This document shows, one piece after another, positions 1-9,397 of a stretch of DNA of 44,018 nt. Origin of the DNA: Thermofilum sp. (GTDB lineage Archaea; Thermoproteota; Thermoprotei; Thermofilales; Thermofilaceae); NCBI GenBank assembly GCA_023269735.1, contig JAGDWA010000043.1, forward strand, positions 1,587 through 45,604, written 5' to 3'. The notes below the pieces were generated by a model. The model did no database searches and was not told the DNA's origin. It worked only from the letters and a program-made list of their open reading frames with translations. Within the stretch, counting starts at the first letter, position 1. Each line of letters starts with the position of its first letter. The position numbers were made by a program, and so were the translations under genes.

Positions 1-136
1 TTGGGGCCCGGCGACGGGTCCCGTGGCCGAGACGAGGGCTCCCGTAGAAGACGGGGTTGATGGGGTGGCGGTGTAAGCGCCGAGGGCCGCTGGGCCCGAG
101 GCGTGAGCCGGCCACTCCCAATCGCCCGAGTGCGCC
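1..136 (+). rRNA. rrl: 23S rRNA, 3' terminal fragment
   Basis: GGGCTCCCGTAGAAGACGGGGTTGATGGGG...GTGTAAGCGCCGAGGG...CCCAATCGCCCGAG matches the archaeal 23S 3' end. Exact end is approximate. No 5S gene follows, as is typical for Thermoproteota. Confidence 0.92.
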
Positions 137-241
137 AGCCGAGTCGGCGCCCGCTCGGGCGTCGGCACCGCTGCGCTGTGGGCGGCGCTCGCCACCCTTC
201 TCGGGGCAAGCGTTAAGTACTCCAGCCTGAAGCCTCCAGCC

Positions 242-2572
242 GTGCTGCGCTCCAAGATCCTGGAGCGCTACAGGATCCTGAAGCTCTACTCCGTCCTGCG
301 CCCCCACTGGCGCCTCCTGGCGCTCGTGCTCTCGCTCTCGCTGCTCGGCATCGCCCTCAGCGTGGTCTCGCCGCTCCTTACGCGCGCCATCGTGGACGAG
401 GGCATACTCAGGGGCGACCTGGGCGCGATCGCGAGGTACGCCGCCGCCCTCGCCGCGCTGAGCGTCGCGTCCACGGTCGTGGGCGCGGTCAGCGGGCTGT
501 ACCAGAGCATCCTGAGCGGCAGGGTGGCGCTCGACCTGCGCTCCAAGGTGTTCGCCGGCGCGATGGAGCTAGGGGTCGAGCTGTACCAGGAGGGGGCCCA
601 GGTGGGCGACGTCGTCGCCAGGCTCTACGGCTACGTGGACAGGGTCCAGCGCTTCATCGTCGGCAGCTTCGAGACCGCGATCATCAGCTCGCTGAGGCTG
701 GCGGCGCTGGCCGTTGTCTTCTCGCTCAACTGGAGGCTGGCGCTGGTCCTGCTCGCGCCGCTGCCAGCCTACGTGTACGGGCTGGTCAGGTACCAGCCGC
801 GCATGCGGACCCTGTTCGTCAAGAGGTGGACGAGGGTGAGCAGGATGTCCGCGTACGCGACCTCCCTCCTGAGCTCCGTCCTGCTGGTCAAGCTGGTGGG
901 CAGGGAGCGCGAGGAGGCGAAGCGCTACGAGGACCTGGCCGGCGAGGTCTACAACGCGGAGGTCGAGGTCGCCCGCTTCAGCGCGAAGGTCTACCCGTGG
1001 CTCAACCTGCTCCTCACGCTCTCCTCCGTCGCCGTGACCTTCCTGGGCGGGCTCATGGTCGCCAGGGGGGAGCTGACGATGGGGACGCTGACCGCCTTCC
1101 TCGCGTACGTGTGGCAGGTGTACGCCCCCGTGCAGGCCATAGCGGGCCTCGTGCCGCAGCTGGCCGAGGCCGAGGCGGCGTACGAGAAGATCGCGGAGGT
1201 CATGGAGGCGCGGCCGAGGGTCGCGGAGGCCCCCGACGCGGTGGAGCTGAGGGTGGTGGGCAGGGTGGAGGCGAGGGACGTGTGGTTCGAGTACTCGCCG
1301 GGCCGGCCGGTCCTGCGCGGCGTGAGCTTCTCGGTGGAGCCGGGCGAGGTCGTGGGCATCGTGGGCCCCAACGGGTCGGGCAAGACCACGCTCGTCAGGC
1401 TGCTGGTGAGGCTCTTCGACCCGACGCGCGGCGCCGTGCTCCTGGACGGCGTGGACCTCCGCCGGGTGAGGCTCTCGAGCCTGAGGGGCCAGGTGATGCT
1501 GGTGCCCCAGGAGCCCATACTGCTGCCGGGGAGCGTGGCCTACAACATCACGTACGGCGCCGAGGCCCCCGACCCGGTGTCCGTCCTCTACGCCGCCTGG
1601 CTCTGCGGGGCGCACAGATTCATCATCGAGCTGCCCCTCGCGTACGACAGCGACGTGGGGGAGCAGGGCAGGATCCTCTCCGGGGGGCAGCGCCAGCTGA
1701 TATGCCTGGCGAGGGCCGCCATGCTGAGGCCCAGGGTCCTGATCCTGGACGAGGCAACGAGCAACGTCCACGTCGAGCTGGAGGAGGTGATCCTCACGAG
1801 GCTGCTGGGCTACCTCAGGGACTCGACCGTCATCGCCATCTCGCACAGGCCCACGCTCAACAAGTTCGTCGGCAGGGTGATACTCGTCAGCGACGGCAGG
1901 GTGCTGGGCGAGGAGAGCGGCGGGCTCCGGGAGAGGCCCCCGCCGCCCCCCTTCCTGAGGGTCGTCGACCCGAGGGGCCTCAGAGTGCTCGACAGGGGGG
2001 CCTGGCTGGAGGCCGAGGTGGACGGGGTGAGGCTGGCGGAGCTGAGGGCCAGGCTCCCCTTCCCCCTCACCAACCCGCGCGTGCTCCTGCTCTACCGCGA
2101 CCCCGACGACGCCATCGTGGTGGAGGACTGGTCCGCGCTGGACGAGGCCTCGAGGGCGGCGGTGGCGAGGCACCTGGTGAAGGAGCACGGGCTGAGCCTG
2201 GCGCGGCTGGTGAGCGTCCTGCCGCTGGGGGGAGGGGGGCCGCGCGGCGGGCGGCCGCTCTCACTGAGCGTGGTCCTCGAGACGGCGGAGGGGAGGCTGG
2301 AGGTGGACGTCCCCGCCTCCAACCTGCTGCTGCTCGACGGCGTGCTGGTGGTCGTGGCGCCGAACCGCGTCTACATCGTCGACCCCGAGGCCTCCGACCG
2401 CGGCGCCCTCTGGAGCGCGAGGGCCGTGGCCTGGGAGCCGCCGAGCCCCTTCGGCGGCTACGGCGCGAAGTGGCTCCTCGAGTGGCTCCCCGACCTCGGC
2501 GCCGGAGGCGGGGCCGCGAGCCCGCCGCCCCGCGGGCAGGTTTATGGGCTTCTGCGCGCCAGCGCGCCGTGA
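242..2572 (+). CDS. ABC exporter (TMD+NBD) with C-terminal DUF1854-like domain
   Basis: Multi-TM N-terminus, Walker A GPNGSGKT, LSGGQ, ILDEAT, SHR. The C-terminal extension LRARLPFPLTNP...VVEDWSALDEASRAAV resembles DUF1854 and the ORF at 33662. Confidence 0.88.
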   Translation: MLRSKILERYRILKLYSVLRPHWRLLALVLSLSLLGIALSVVSPLLTRAIVDEGILRGDLGAIARYAAALAALSVASTVVGAVSGLYQSILSGRVALDLRSKVFAGAMELGVELYQEGAQVGDVVARLYGYVDRVQRFIVGSFETAIISSLRLAALAVVFSLNWRLALVLLAPLPAYVYGLVRYQPRMRTLFVKRWTRVSRMSAYATSLLSSVLLVKLVGREREEAKRYEDLAGEVYNAEVEVARFSAKVYPWLNLLLTLSSVAVTFLGGLMVARGELTMGTLTAFLAYVWQVYAPVQAIAGLVPQLAEAEAAYEKIAEVMEARPRVAEAPDAVELRVVGRVEARDVWFEYSPGRPVLRGVSFSVEPGEVVGIVGPNGSGKTTLVRLLVRLFDPTRGAVLLDGVDLRRVRLSSLRGQVMLVPQEPILLPGSVAYNITYGAEAPDPVSVLYAAWLCGAHRFIIELPLAYDSDVGEQGRILSGGQRQLICLARAAMLRPRVLILDEATSNVHVELEEVILTRLLGYLRDSTVIAISHRPTLNKFVGRVILVSDGRVLGEESGGLRERPPPPPFLRVVDPRGLRVLDRGAWLEAEVDGVRLAELRARLPFPLTNPRVLLLYRDPDDAIVVEDWSALDEASRAAVARHLVKEHGLSLARLVSVLPLGGGGPRGGRPLSLSVVLETAEGRLEVDVPASNLLLLDGVLVVVAPNRVYIVDPEASDRGALWSARAVAWEPPSPFGGYGAKWLLEWLPDLGAGGGAASPPPRGQVYGLLRASAP

Positions 2573-3162
2573 TCCTTCCGGAGGTGGTCTACAAGGCCGA
2601 CCCCAGGGACAACGTGGGCACTGCCCTCGCCCCGCTGATCGAGGGGGCGGAGTACCCGGTGTACGAGGAGGGCAGGGGCATCGTCGATCGCATCAGGCCC
2701 GTGGTCCCGGTGCCCAAGTGGCACAAGGTGGCCCTCAGGGACATCGGCGAGGGGGAGGAGGTGGTGAAGTTCGGCTATACGGTGGGCATCAGCGCCATCG
2801 CCATCGAGAGGGGGTGCATAGTGCACGTGACGAACGTGCTCCTGGACCCCGGCTTCGACTTCCGCGAGGTGGTGAGGGCGGGGCTCGTGCTGGGCTTCGC
2901 CACAGCGCGGCTTGAGAGGGGCGACGTGCTGCGCGTGGGGCTGAACGTCCAACCCACCCACCCCCGCTTCAGGGGCCTCGCCCCGCGCACGAGGGTGGGC
3001 ATAGCAGCTACCGCGATCCCCGAGGGGGGCGTCGTCAGGATCGGCAACCTCCTGGAGCCTCCTCCCGGCGTCCGCGTGAGCGAGCGGTACGTCAGGCTCG
3101 TGCGGGACTTCTACAGGTTCCTCCGCGCCGGCCTCATCGAGTTCTCCAGGGTGCAGGTGTGA
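2569..3162 (+). CDS. SAF-domain protein, UxaA/SuyA-type small subunit
   Basis: GTG at 2569 overlaps the upstream TGA (GTGA). DNVGTAL...VPKWHKVALRDIGEGEEVVKFG...IVHVTNV is a SAF/UxaA N-domain. This is the real part of the 826..3162 ORF. Confidence 0.85.
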   Translation: MILPEVVYKADPRDNVGTALAPLIEGAEYPVYEEGRGIVDRIRPVVPVPKWHKVALRDIGEGEEVVKFGYTVGISAIAIERGCIVHVTNVLLDPGFDFREVVRAGLVLGFATARLERGDVLRVGLNVQPTHPRFRGLAPRTRVGIAATAIPEGGVVRIGNLLEPPPGVRVSERYVRLVRDFYRFLRAGLIEFSRVQV

Positions 3163-4439
3163 TGGACACCGTCAGGGCGTACTACAGGAGGGAGAGGAGG
3201 GTCTACGGGGCCAGGAACCACGTCCTGATACTCCCCACGACCCCCTGCACCAACCGCCTGGCCGAGATCATCTACGAGGAGTTCAGGGGGGAGAGGTGGG
3301 GCGAGAGGGGGGAGAACAGGGTGGTCCTGGCCCGCCACGGCGCCGGCTGCTGCCACATCGGCTTCGACCTGGACGTGGCGCTCCGCACGCTGGCGGGGCT
3401 GGCGTCCCACCCCAACGTCCACGGGGTCCTCCTCGTCAGCTTGGGCTGCGGGCAGCTGTGCAAGATCCCGCTGAGGCCCGGCGAGAGCAAGCGCGACAAC
3501 CTGCTCTCGTTCAGGCTCTACGACAGGCTGCTGAAGAGGGGCGTGAAGGTCAGGTGGGTGAACCTGCAGGAGCCCTGGCCCGAGGGCTCGGACGGCTTCG
3601 AGCGGGTTGTGGAGCTCGGCCGCAGGTTCGTGAGGGAGATGGTGGAGGAGGCCTCGTCCGCCGAGCGGGTGGAGGCCCCAGTGAGGCGGCTGGTTGTCGG
3701 CGTCGGGAACGGCGCCTCCGACCCCACATCGGGCCTCTTCGCGAACCCCGCCGTGGGCTACGTGGTGGAGAAGCTGGTTGGCGAGGGCGCCAGCGTGGTC
3801 TTCGCGCAGACGACCGAGATCTTGGGCGGCGAGCAGCTCCTGCTGAGCCGGGTGGCGAGCGAGAGGGTGGCTCGGAAGCTGAGGAGGCTCCTCGAGGCCT
3901 CCTACGCGATGAAGATCGCGCTGGCGGACTACATGGGCGAGAGCGACCCCACGCCGGGCAACATAGCCAGCGGCATCTCGACGCTGGCTGAGAAGTCGCT
4001 GGGCAGCCTGCTGAAGGTGGGGCGCGACCCCTCGGTCAAGCTCCTCGACGTCCTCCCCTACGCCTGGCCGGTGCCGCGGGGGAGGGGTGGGCTCTACCTG
4101 ATGGACACCCCCGGCATGGACATACCGTCGATCACCGGCATGGTGGCGGGGGGCGCTCACGCCGTCATCTTCACGACGGGGCTGGGGACCCCTGTGGGCT
4201 CGGCCGTGAGCCCGGTGCTGAAGGTCACCGCCAACAGGGAGACTTACGCCAGGCTCTCGAGGATCATAGACGTCTACGTACCGGCCGAGGAGGTCTTCAG
4301 CGGGAGGAGCCTGCGCGACGTGGCCCTCGAGAGCGTGTACCCCGCGCTCCTCGACGTTCTCTCCGGCGACCGGCTGGCGAAGAGCGAGGTCAACGGCCAG
4401 GTCGACTTGGAGGTCAGGCAGTACTGGCTCCGCGCGTAG
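3159..4439 (+). CDS. UxaA/GarD/SuyB-family dehydratase large subunit
   Basis: G.RNHVLILPT, H..GC, HPNV.GVL.VSLGC, SD.TSG..ANPAVG, TPGN..GI.TL.EKSLG, MDTPG.D, FTTG.GTP.G motifs. Confidence 0.88.
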   Translation: MMDTVRAYYRRERRVYGARNHVLILPTTPCTNRLAEIIYEEFRGERWGERGENRVVLARHGAGCCHIGFDLDVALRTLAGLASHPNVHGVLLVSLGCGQLCKIPLRPGESKRDNLLSFRLYDRLLKRGVKVRWVNLQEPWPEGSDGFERVVELGRRFVREMVEEASSAERVEAPVRRLVVGVGNGASDPTSGLFANPAVGYVVEKLVGEGASVVFAQTTEILGGEQLLLSRVASERVARKLRRLLEASYAMKIALADYMGESDPTPGNIASGISTLAEKSLGSLLKVGRDPSVKLLDVLPYAWPVPRGRGGLYLMDTPGMDIPSITGMVAGGAHAVIFTTGLGTPVGSAVSPVLKVTANRETYARLSRIIDVYVPAEEVFSGRSLRDVALESVYPALLDVLSGDRLAKSEVNGQVDLEVRQYWLRA

Positions 4440-4453
4440 CCGCACGCGCGGGC

Positions 4454-5296
4454 CTAGGGGTGGGCGACCCCCTTAAGGTCCACGATGTGTGGGGGCCTCC
4501 TCTTGTGGGCGGTTGCCTCCACGCGCCTGGCGATCCTCTGGACGACGTCGCGCGGCACCGAGAGCGCGCTGGCCACCTCGTCCGGCCTCAGCCCCAGGTC
4601 GACCATCGCGAAGAGCACGAGGTCGGCCACGTCGTACGTGAACCCCAGCTCGCTCTCGGCCATCTGCCCGGGCCAGAGCCGCGGGCTACTAGGCTTGTAG
4701 GCGATCCGGTCGGGGAGGCCCAGGTGCTTGGCGAGAGCCCTGACCTGGCTCTTGTAGAGGTCGGCGATCGGCAGGATGTCCGCCGCGCCGTCGCCGTACT
4801 TTGTGAAGTACCCCAGCATGAGCTCGCTCCGGTCGCTCGTGCCCGCCACGAGGCCGCCCAGCCTGTTGGCGGCGTAGTAGAGCATCACCATGCGCAGCCT
4901 GGCCTTGAGGTTCCCCAGCGAGACGCGGTCCCCGGGGTCGAAGAGGGGGAGGGCGGGGGGCGCCGCGGCCAGCAGCGGGTCGATGGGGGCGACGAACCGC
5001 TTGACGCCCAGCTCCTCCGCGAGGCTCAGGGCGTCGTCGAGGTCCTCCTTCGGCGTGGAGGTGGAGTCGGGCATTATGAGCACCACCGTGCGCTCGGGGC
5101 CCACGGCTCGGGCGCAGAGGGCCGCCACGACCGAGGAGTCGAGCCCCCCGCTCAGCCCCAGCACGTAGCAGCGGGCGCCCGAAGCCTCGAGGTACTCGGC
5201 CAGGCCCCGCTCGACCCTCTCCTCGACGGCCGCGTAATCGATCGAGAGCAGCTTAGCCCGGAGCTCGGCCGCGCTCCAGCGGGCGCCCTGCGCCAC
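4454..5296 (-). CDS. nadE: NH3-dependent NAD+ synthetase
   Basis: GLSGGLDSS, NLKARLRM, GYFTKYGDG, HKR motifs. Confidence 0.95.
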   Translation of the reverse strand: MAQGARWSAAELRAKLLSIDYAAVEERVERGLAEYLEASGARCYVLGLSGGLDSSVVAALCARAVGPERTVVLIMPDSTSTPKEDLDDALSLAEELGVKRFVAPIDPLLAAAPPALPLFDPGDRVSLGNLKARLRMVMLYYAANRLGGLVAGTSDRSELMLGYFTKYGDGAADILPIADLYKSQVRALAKHLGLPDRIAYKPSSPRLWPGQMAESELGFTYDVADLVLFAMVDLGLRPDEVASALSVPRDVVQRIARRVEATAHKRRPPHIVDLKGVAHP

Positions 5297-5331
5297 GCGC
5301 GGCTGTGCGAAGTGCGCTTTAAAGCTCTCCC

Positions 5332-5733
5332 TCAGGCGAACGCCCTCCTAGACTTGACGTAGGTGAGCGTCGGAAGGCCCAGCGCCCGGGCCCTGCTTGC
5401 CAGCTCCCTGTCGGCCGTGAGGATGCAAGCCCCCTGCTCGGCCGCCAGCCTCAGGATCGCCTCGTCCACGCTGGCGCCCTCCGCCTTCACGACCCTCACG
5501 GCCACCCACTCCGGGCCCCCGCCGAGCAGCAGCGCCAGCGCGAGCCTGGCAAGCCTGCCCCTCCTGCCCCTGCCCCCGGCGAGCCTCCTCAGCTCCTCCA
5601 GGACGGGGTGGGGTACCAGCAGCTCCACCTCGCCCTCGAGGACCTCGCCGAGAGACCCGTAGAAGTCGCACCCGTCCTCCACGCAGGCCATGACGGCGCT
5701 GCTGTCGATCAGCACCCGCCGCCTCCGCTCCAC
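5332..5733 (-). CDS. PIN-domain nuclease (Fcf1/Utp24-like)
   Basis: VLIDSS, V.EEL, VDEAIL, LTADREL motifs. Probable GTG start at 5733. Confidence 0.75.
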   Translation of the reverse strand: MERRRRVLIDSSAVMACVEDGCDFYGSLGEVLEGEVELLVPHPVLEELRRLAGGRGRRGRLARLALALLLGGGPEWVAVRVVKAEGASVDEAILRLAAEQGACILTADRELASRARALGLPTLTYVKSRRAFA

Positions 5734-5874
5734 GCGGTAGCCTGGCGCGGCTGCTAGCCTAAAGTTTTTTGAAAAACCCACGAGAGCCCGCCTCGGGCGG
5801 CAAGGGCGCGGAAGCTACCCGAGCAGCCTCCCCTTATGCAGTGGGCTTAAGCTGACCGGCTGGAGGAGGCGGCG

Positions 5875-7212
5875 ATGCCGGGGCGCAGGAGGGTCATCAT
5901 CATGGGGGCGGGGGGGCGCGACTTCCACAACTTCAACGTCTTCTTCAGGGGCAGGCCTGATTACGAGGTCGTCGCGTTCACGGCGTCGCAGATCCCCGGC
6001 ATCTCGAACAGGCGCTACCCACCGGAGCTTGCGGGCCCGCACTACCCGCAGGGGATACCGGTGTACGATGAGGAGGAGCTCCCGCGGCTGATACGGGAGC
6101 TGGGGGTCGACGAGGTCGTGCTGTCCTACAGCGACATAACGTGCGAGGACTTCCTCATCAAGGTGAGCAAGGTCCTGGCGGCGGGCGCCAGCTTCCGGAT
6201 CCTGGGCCCCCGGGAGACGATGCTCGAGTCCTCCAAACCGGTGATCGCTGTGACCGCCACCCGGACTGGGGCGGGCAAGAGCACGACGTCCCGCTACGTG
6301 GTCAGGCTGCTGAAGGAGGTGGGGCTGAGGCCGGTGGTGATCAGGCACCCGATGGCGTACGGTGACCTGGCCTCGATGAGGGTCCAGAGGTTCAGCCGCC
6401 TCGAGGACCTGGACTCCTGCGCGTGCTCCATAGAGGAGAGGGAGGAGTACGAGCAGCACTTGCGCGAGGGGACGGCCGTGTACGCGGGGGTGGATTACGA
6501 GGAGGTGCTAAGGGAGGTCGAGAGGGGGCCCTACGACGTCATCGTCTGGGACGGCGGGAACAACGACTGGCCGTTCATAAGGCCCGACCTCTACATCACG
6601 GTCGTGGACCCCACGAGGCCCGCGAGCGAGCTCTCGTTCCCGGGCCTTGTCAACGTGCTGCTGGCCGACGTGGTGGTGGTGAACAAGGTGAACGTCGCGG
6701 AGAGGCACGCGGTTGATGCGACGATCGAGAGGATCAGGCGCTTCAACCCCAACGCGAGGGTAGTTGAGGCCTCCTCCCTCGTCCACGTGGACGAGCCGGA
6801 GCTCGTGAAGGGGAGGAGAGTCCTCGTGGTCGAGGACGGGCCCTCAGTGACGCATGGTCACATGCCGTACGGCGCTGGCTACGTAGCCGCCGTCAAGTAC
6901 GGCGGCGTGGTGGTCGACCCCAGGCCCTACGCAATCGGCACCCTGAGGAAGATCTATGAGGAGTACAAGCACATCGGCCCTGTGCTCCCCACGATGGGCT
7001 ACAGCCCCGAGCAGATGAGGGAGCTTGAGGAGGTAATAAACGCGGTCCCCGCCGAGACGGTGGTGCTCGGGACCCCGAGCGACCTCAGGAGGTACATGAA
7101 GATCGGCAAGCCCGTTGTGAGGGTGCGCTTCGAGCTCCATGAGGGGGGCGCACTGGCGAGCATAATACGCGACTTCGCGGAGAGGATGAGGGCGCATGGA
7201 AGGGTCCCTTGA
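5875..7212 (+). CDS. Arginine synthetase (ArcE)-like P-loop NTPase (cDPG synthetase-related family)
   Basis: IMGAGGRDFHNFN, AFTASQIP, RTGAGKS, RHPM.YG, IEEREEYE, WDGGNND, EDGP..THG. GGAGG RBS upstream. Confidence 0.8.
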   Translation: MPGRRRVIIMGAGGRDFHNFNVFFRGRPDYEVVAFTASQIPGISNRRYPPELAGPHYPQGIPVYDEEELPRLIRELGVDEVVLSYSDITCEDFLIKVSKVLAAGASFRILGPRETMLESSKPVIAVTATRTGAGKSTTSRYVVRLLKEVGLRPVVIRHPMAYGDLASMRVQRFSRLEDLDSCACSIEEREEYEQHLREGTAVYAGVDYEEVLREVERGPYDVIVWDGGNNDWPFIRPDLYITVVDPTRPASELSFPGLVNVLLADVVVVNKVNVAERHAVDATIERIRRFNPNARVVEASSLVHVDEPELVKGRRVLVVEDGPSVTHGHMPYGAGYVAAVKYGGVVVDPRPYAIGTLRKIYEEYKHIGPVLPTMGYSPEQMRELEEVINAVPAETVVLGTPSDLRRYMKIGKPVVRVRFELHEGGALASIIRDFAERMRAHGRVP

Positions 7213-8077
7213 GCTGCTCGTGGAGCCCCGGAGGCCCTCCTTCCTGAGCTACCCCAGCGACCTCTCCCGCGCGAGGGCAGTGATCGTGGGCGTGCCTTTC
7301 GACGGCGGCTCCACGTGCAAGCCCGGGTGCCGCTACGCCCCCCTCGTCGTGAGGGCTGTTTCGCAGGACTTAGAGACGTACGACGCCTGCCGCCGCATCG
7401 ACGCCGACGAGCTGCCGGTGGCCGACGTGGGCGACCTGGCCGCAACAGGGGTGCGCGCGGAGTCGATGCTCAAGAGCGCGTCGCGCGCCGTGGGCGAGCT
7501 GGTAGCCAGGGGGAAGAGGGTGGTGGCTATAGGGGGCGACCACACGATCACCCTGGGCGTCCTAAAGGGCCTCGGGAAGCGCGTCTCGCTCGTCTACTTC
7601 GACGCCCACCTGGACTACAGGGACGAGTACCCCCCGGGGGAGAGGGTGAGCCACGCCACGGTGCTCAGGAGGGCCGTCGAGGGGGGGCTTGCGGCGGGCG
7701 CCGTGGTCGTGGGGGCGCGCGCGTTCTCCAGGGAGGAGGTAGAAGTCGCGGAGGGAGCGGGCGTCGCGTTGCTCGGGCCGGAGGCGACCCCCAGGGACCT
7801 CGAGGACGCCCTGAGCACGGTCAGCGCGCCCCTGTACGTCAGCATCGACGTCGACGCCCTCGATCCCGCGTACGCGCCTGGTGCCTCTTGCCCCGAGCCC
7901 GGGGGGTTTAGCTTCCTCCAGCTCTCCAAGCTGTTGGAGCGGGCCCTGGAGGGGGAGGTCGTGGGCGCGGACGTTGTGGAGGTCAACCCGCTCGCGGACG
8001 TGAACGAGGTCACGAGCCGCGTAGCCGCCAAGCTGCTGGTCAAGTGCCTCATCGGCCTCGCTGCTAGATCGCCCTGA
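7196..8077 (+). CDS. speB: Agmatinase (ureohydrolase family)
   Basis: GGDHTIT, DAHLD, SHAT, SIDVDALDP, PEPGG motifs. Confidence 0.88.
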   Translation: MEGSLELLVEPRRPSFLSYPSDLSRARAVIVGVPFDGGSTCKPGCRYAPLVVRAVSQDLETYDACRRIDADELPVADVGDLAATGVRAESMLKSASRAVGELVARGKRVVAIGGDHTITLGVLKGLGKRVSLVYFDAHLDYRDEYPPGERVSHATVLRRAVEGGLAAGAVVVGARAFSREEVEVAEGAGVALLGPEATPRDLEDALSTVSAPLYVSIDVDALDPAYAPGASCPEPGGFSFLQLSKLLERALEGEVVGADVVEVNPLADVNEVTSRVAAKLLVKCLIGLAARSP

Positions 8078-8204
8078 CCCTCTTCACGACCGGCGCGCGC
8101 AGCTTGATTACGATCCTCCAGCCGCAGTAGGGGCACTTCACCCCCGGAAGTATCTTCATCTCCTCGCTGGAGAACTCCTTGCCACACTTGGCGCACTTGT
8201 ACAT
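8064..8204 (-). CDS. rpoP: RNA polymerase subunit P (Rpo12)
   Basis: Hand translation gives MYKCAKCGKEFSSEEMKILPGVKCPYCGWRIVIKLRAPVVKRVRAI, a Zn ribbon plus K.R motif. Not in the ORF track. An alternative in-frame GTG lies at 8222. Confidence 0.93.
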   Translation of the reverse strand: MYKCAKCGKEFSSEEMKILPGVKCPYCGWRIVIKLRAPVVKRVRAI

Positions 8205-8252
8205 TCGCTCCCCCGAGCCCACGGGGGGTGGATCGCGCATAGCTTTTGACCC

Positions 8253-8687
8253 TTACGCCAGCGGGCGCAGCTCGGCTAGCACTAGCTGCCGCCTGAGGGG
8301 GCATGCAACGTTGCCGACGACCCTGACCACCTCCACCGGCTCACCGTCGTCGAGGGGGGCCTGGGCGCAGAGGCGGCGGGAGGGGCACTCGCGCATCCCG
8401 CAGTCGATCCTCTCGAACCTCACCCTCACGCCGGGGACCGCCGCCCTAGCCTCGATCGCCGCGCGCAGCGGCTCCTCCTCCACCTCAACGACGTACATCT
8501 TCTCGCCCAGGATCGGGCAGGTGTGGGAGGCCCTACGCACCGCGACGATCTTGTAGCGTCGCCCGTGCCGTATCGATCCGGCGCAGGCGTTGAAGAACTC
8601 GCATCTGAAGCAGCGCGGGTCGACGAAGGCCCTGAAGGTGAGCCCCCTCCTCGCCTGGGCCTCTGGAACCATCGAGAGTTTGGCCAC
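8253..8687 (-). CDS. UPF0179-family Cys-rich protein
   Basis: C..C.F...C, GRRYKIV.VR...H.CP, C..RECP...LC, CP motifs. GTG start chosen at 8687. Confidence 0.75.
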   Translation of the reverse strand: MAKLSMVPEAQARRGLTFRAFVDPRCFRCEFFNACAGSIRHGRRYKIVAVRRASHTCPILGEKMYVVEVEEEPLRAAIEARAAVPGVRVRFERIDCGMRECPSRRLCAQAPLDDGEPVEVVRVVGNVACPLRRQLVLAELRPLA

Positions 8688-8706
8688 GGCTGCTGTCGCC
8701 GATACG

Positions 8707-8716
8707 TTTTTAAATA
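8707..8716. promoter_or_regulatory. TATA box shared by divergent UPF0179 and psmB genes
   Basis: TTTTTAAATA lies 20-27 nt from both start codons. Confidence 0.6.
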
Positions 8717-8742
8717 GCTGCTGTCTAGCTCGAAGGGAGGCC

Positions 8743-9378
8743 ATGGAGCCTGTTCTCCCTCCTGCTCAGAGGAGGACGCCACCGAGTCTAAAGGGCACGA
8801 CGACCGTAGGGATCGCCTTCAAGGACTTCACGGTGCTGGCAGCCGATAGGAGGGCCACCAGCGGGTACTTCATCGCGCACAAGAGGGCTGAGAAGATACA
8901 CAAGGTGGACGACCACGTGGCGGTCACCATCGCTGGCTACGTTGGGGACGCCCAGTGGCTGGTCGACCGGCTCAGGGCTGAGGCCTCCCTCTACAGGAGC
9001 TCCGTCGGCGAACCCCTCAGCGTCCGCTCCCTGGCCACGCTGACGTCGACGCTCATCTTCAGGATGAGGCCGCTCGTGATAGTGCAGATGCTGGTGGGCG
9101 GCGTCGACCACGAGGGGGCCTCCCTCTACAGCCTGGACTGGCTGGGCACCATCACCAGGGAGCGTTACACAGCTACCGGCTCAGGGACCCCCTACGCGAT
9201 CAGCCTGATCGAGAGCGAGTACCGCGAGGACATGAGCCCCGACGAAGCCCTGAAGCTGGCGGCCAGGGCTGTTAGAGCGGCGATGCTGAGAGACCCGGGG
9301 AGCGGCGAGGGGGTCGACCTGGCGCTCATTGCCGCCGGCGAGGGGGTCCGCTTCTTCAGGGGTGAGGATCTGTTCTAG
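8743..9378 (+). CDS. psmB: Proteasome beta subunit
   Basis: Propeptide then KG/TTTVG, AADRRAT, ATGSG, RDPGSG. GGAGG precedes ATG 8743. Confidence 0.95.
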   Translation: MEPVLPPAQRRTPPSLKGTTTVGIAFKDFTVLAADRRATSGYFIAHKRAEKIHKVDDHVAVTIAGYVGDAQWLVDRLRAEASLYRSSVGEPLSVRSLATLTSTLIFRMRPLVIVQMLVGGVDHEGASLYSLDWLGTITRERYTATGSGTPYAISLIESEYREDMSPDEALKLAARAVRAAMLRDPGSGEGVDLALIAAGEGVRFFRGEDLF

Positions 9379-9397
9379 CAGCGAGTGATGGGCGGCT

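Noticed and set aside
137..215. GC-rich stems after the 23S as a 5S rRNA or tRNA
   Set aside because: No 5S or tRNA motifs. More likely the 3' strand of the pre-rRNA processing stem, whose partner lies outside the window.
569..2188. Long antisense or alternate-frame ORFs (also 826..2568, 3111..4445, 9356..10567, 18605..20944, 31480..33048, 34166..35413, 37104..38393)
   Set aside because: Shadow ORFs of real genes in high-GC DNA, with biased composition and no recognisable motifs.
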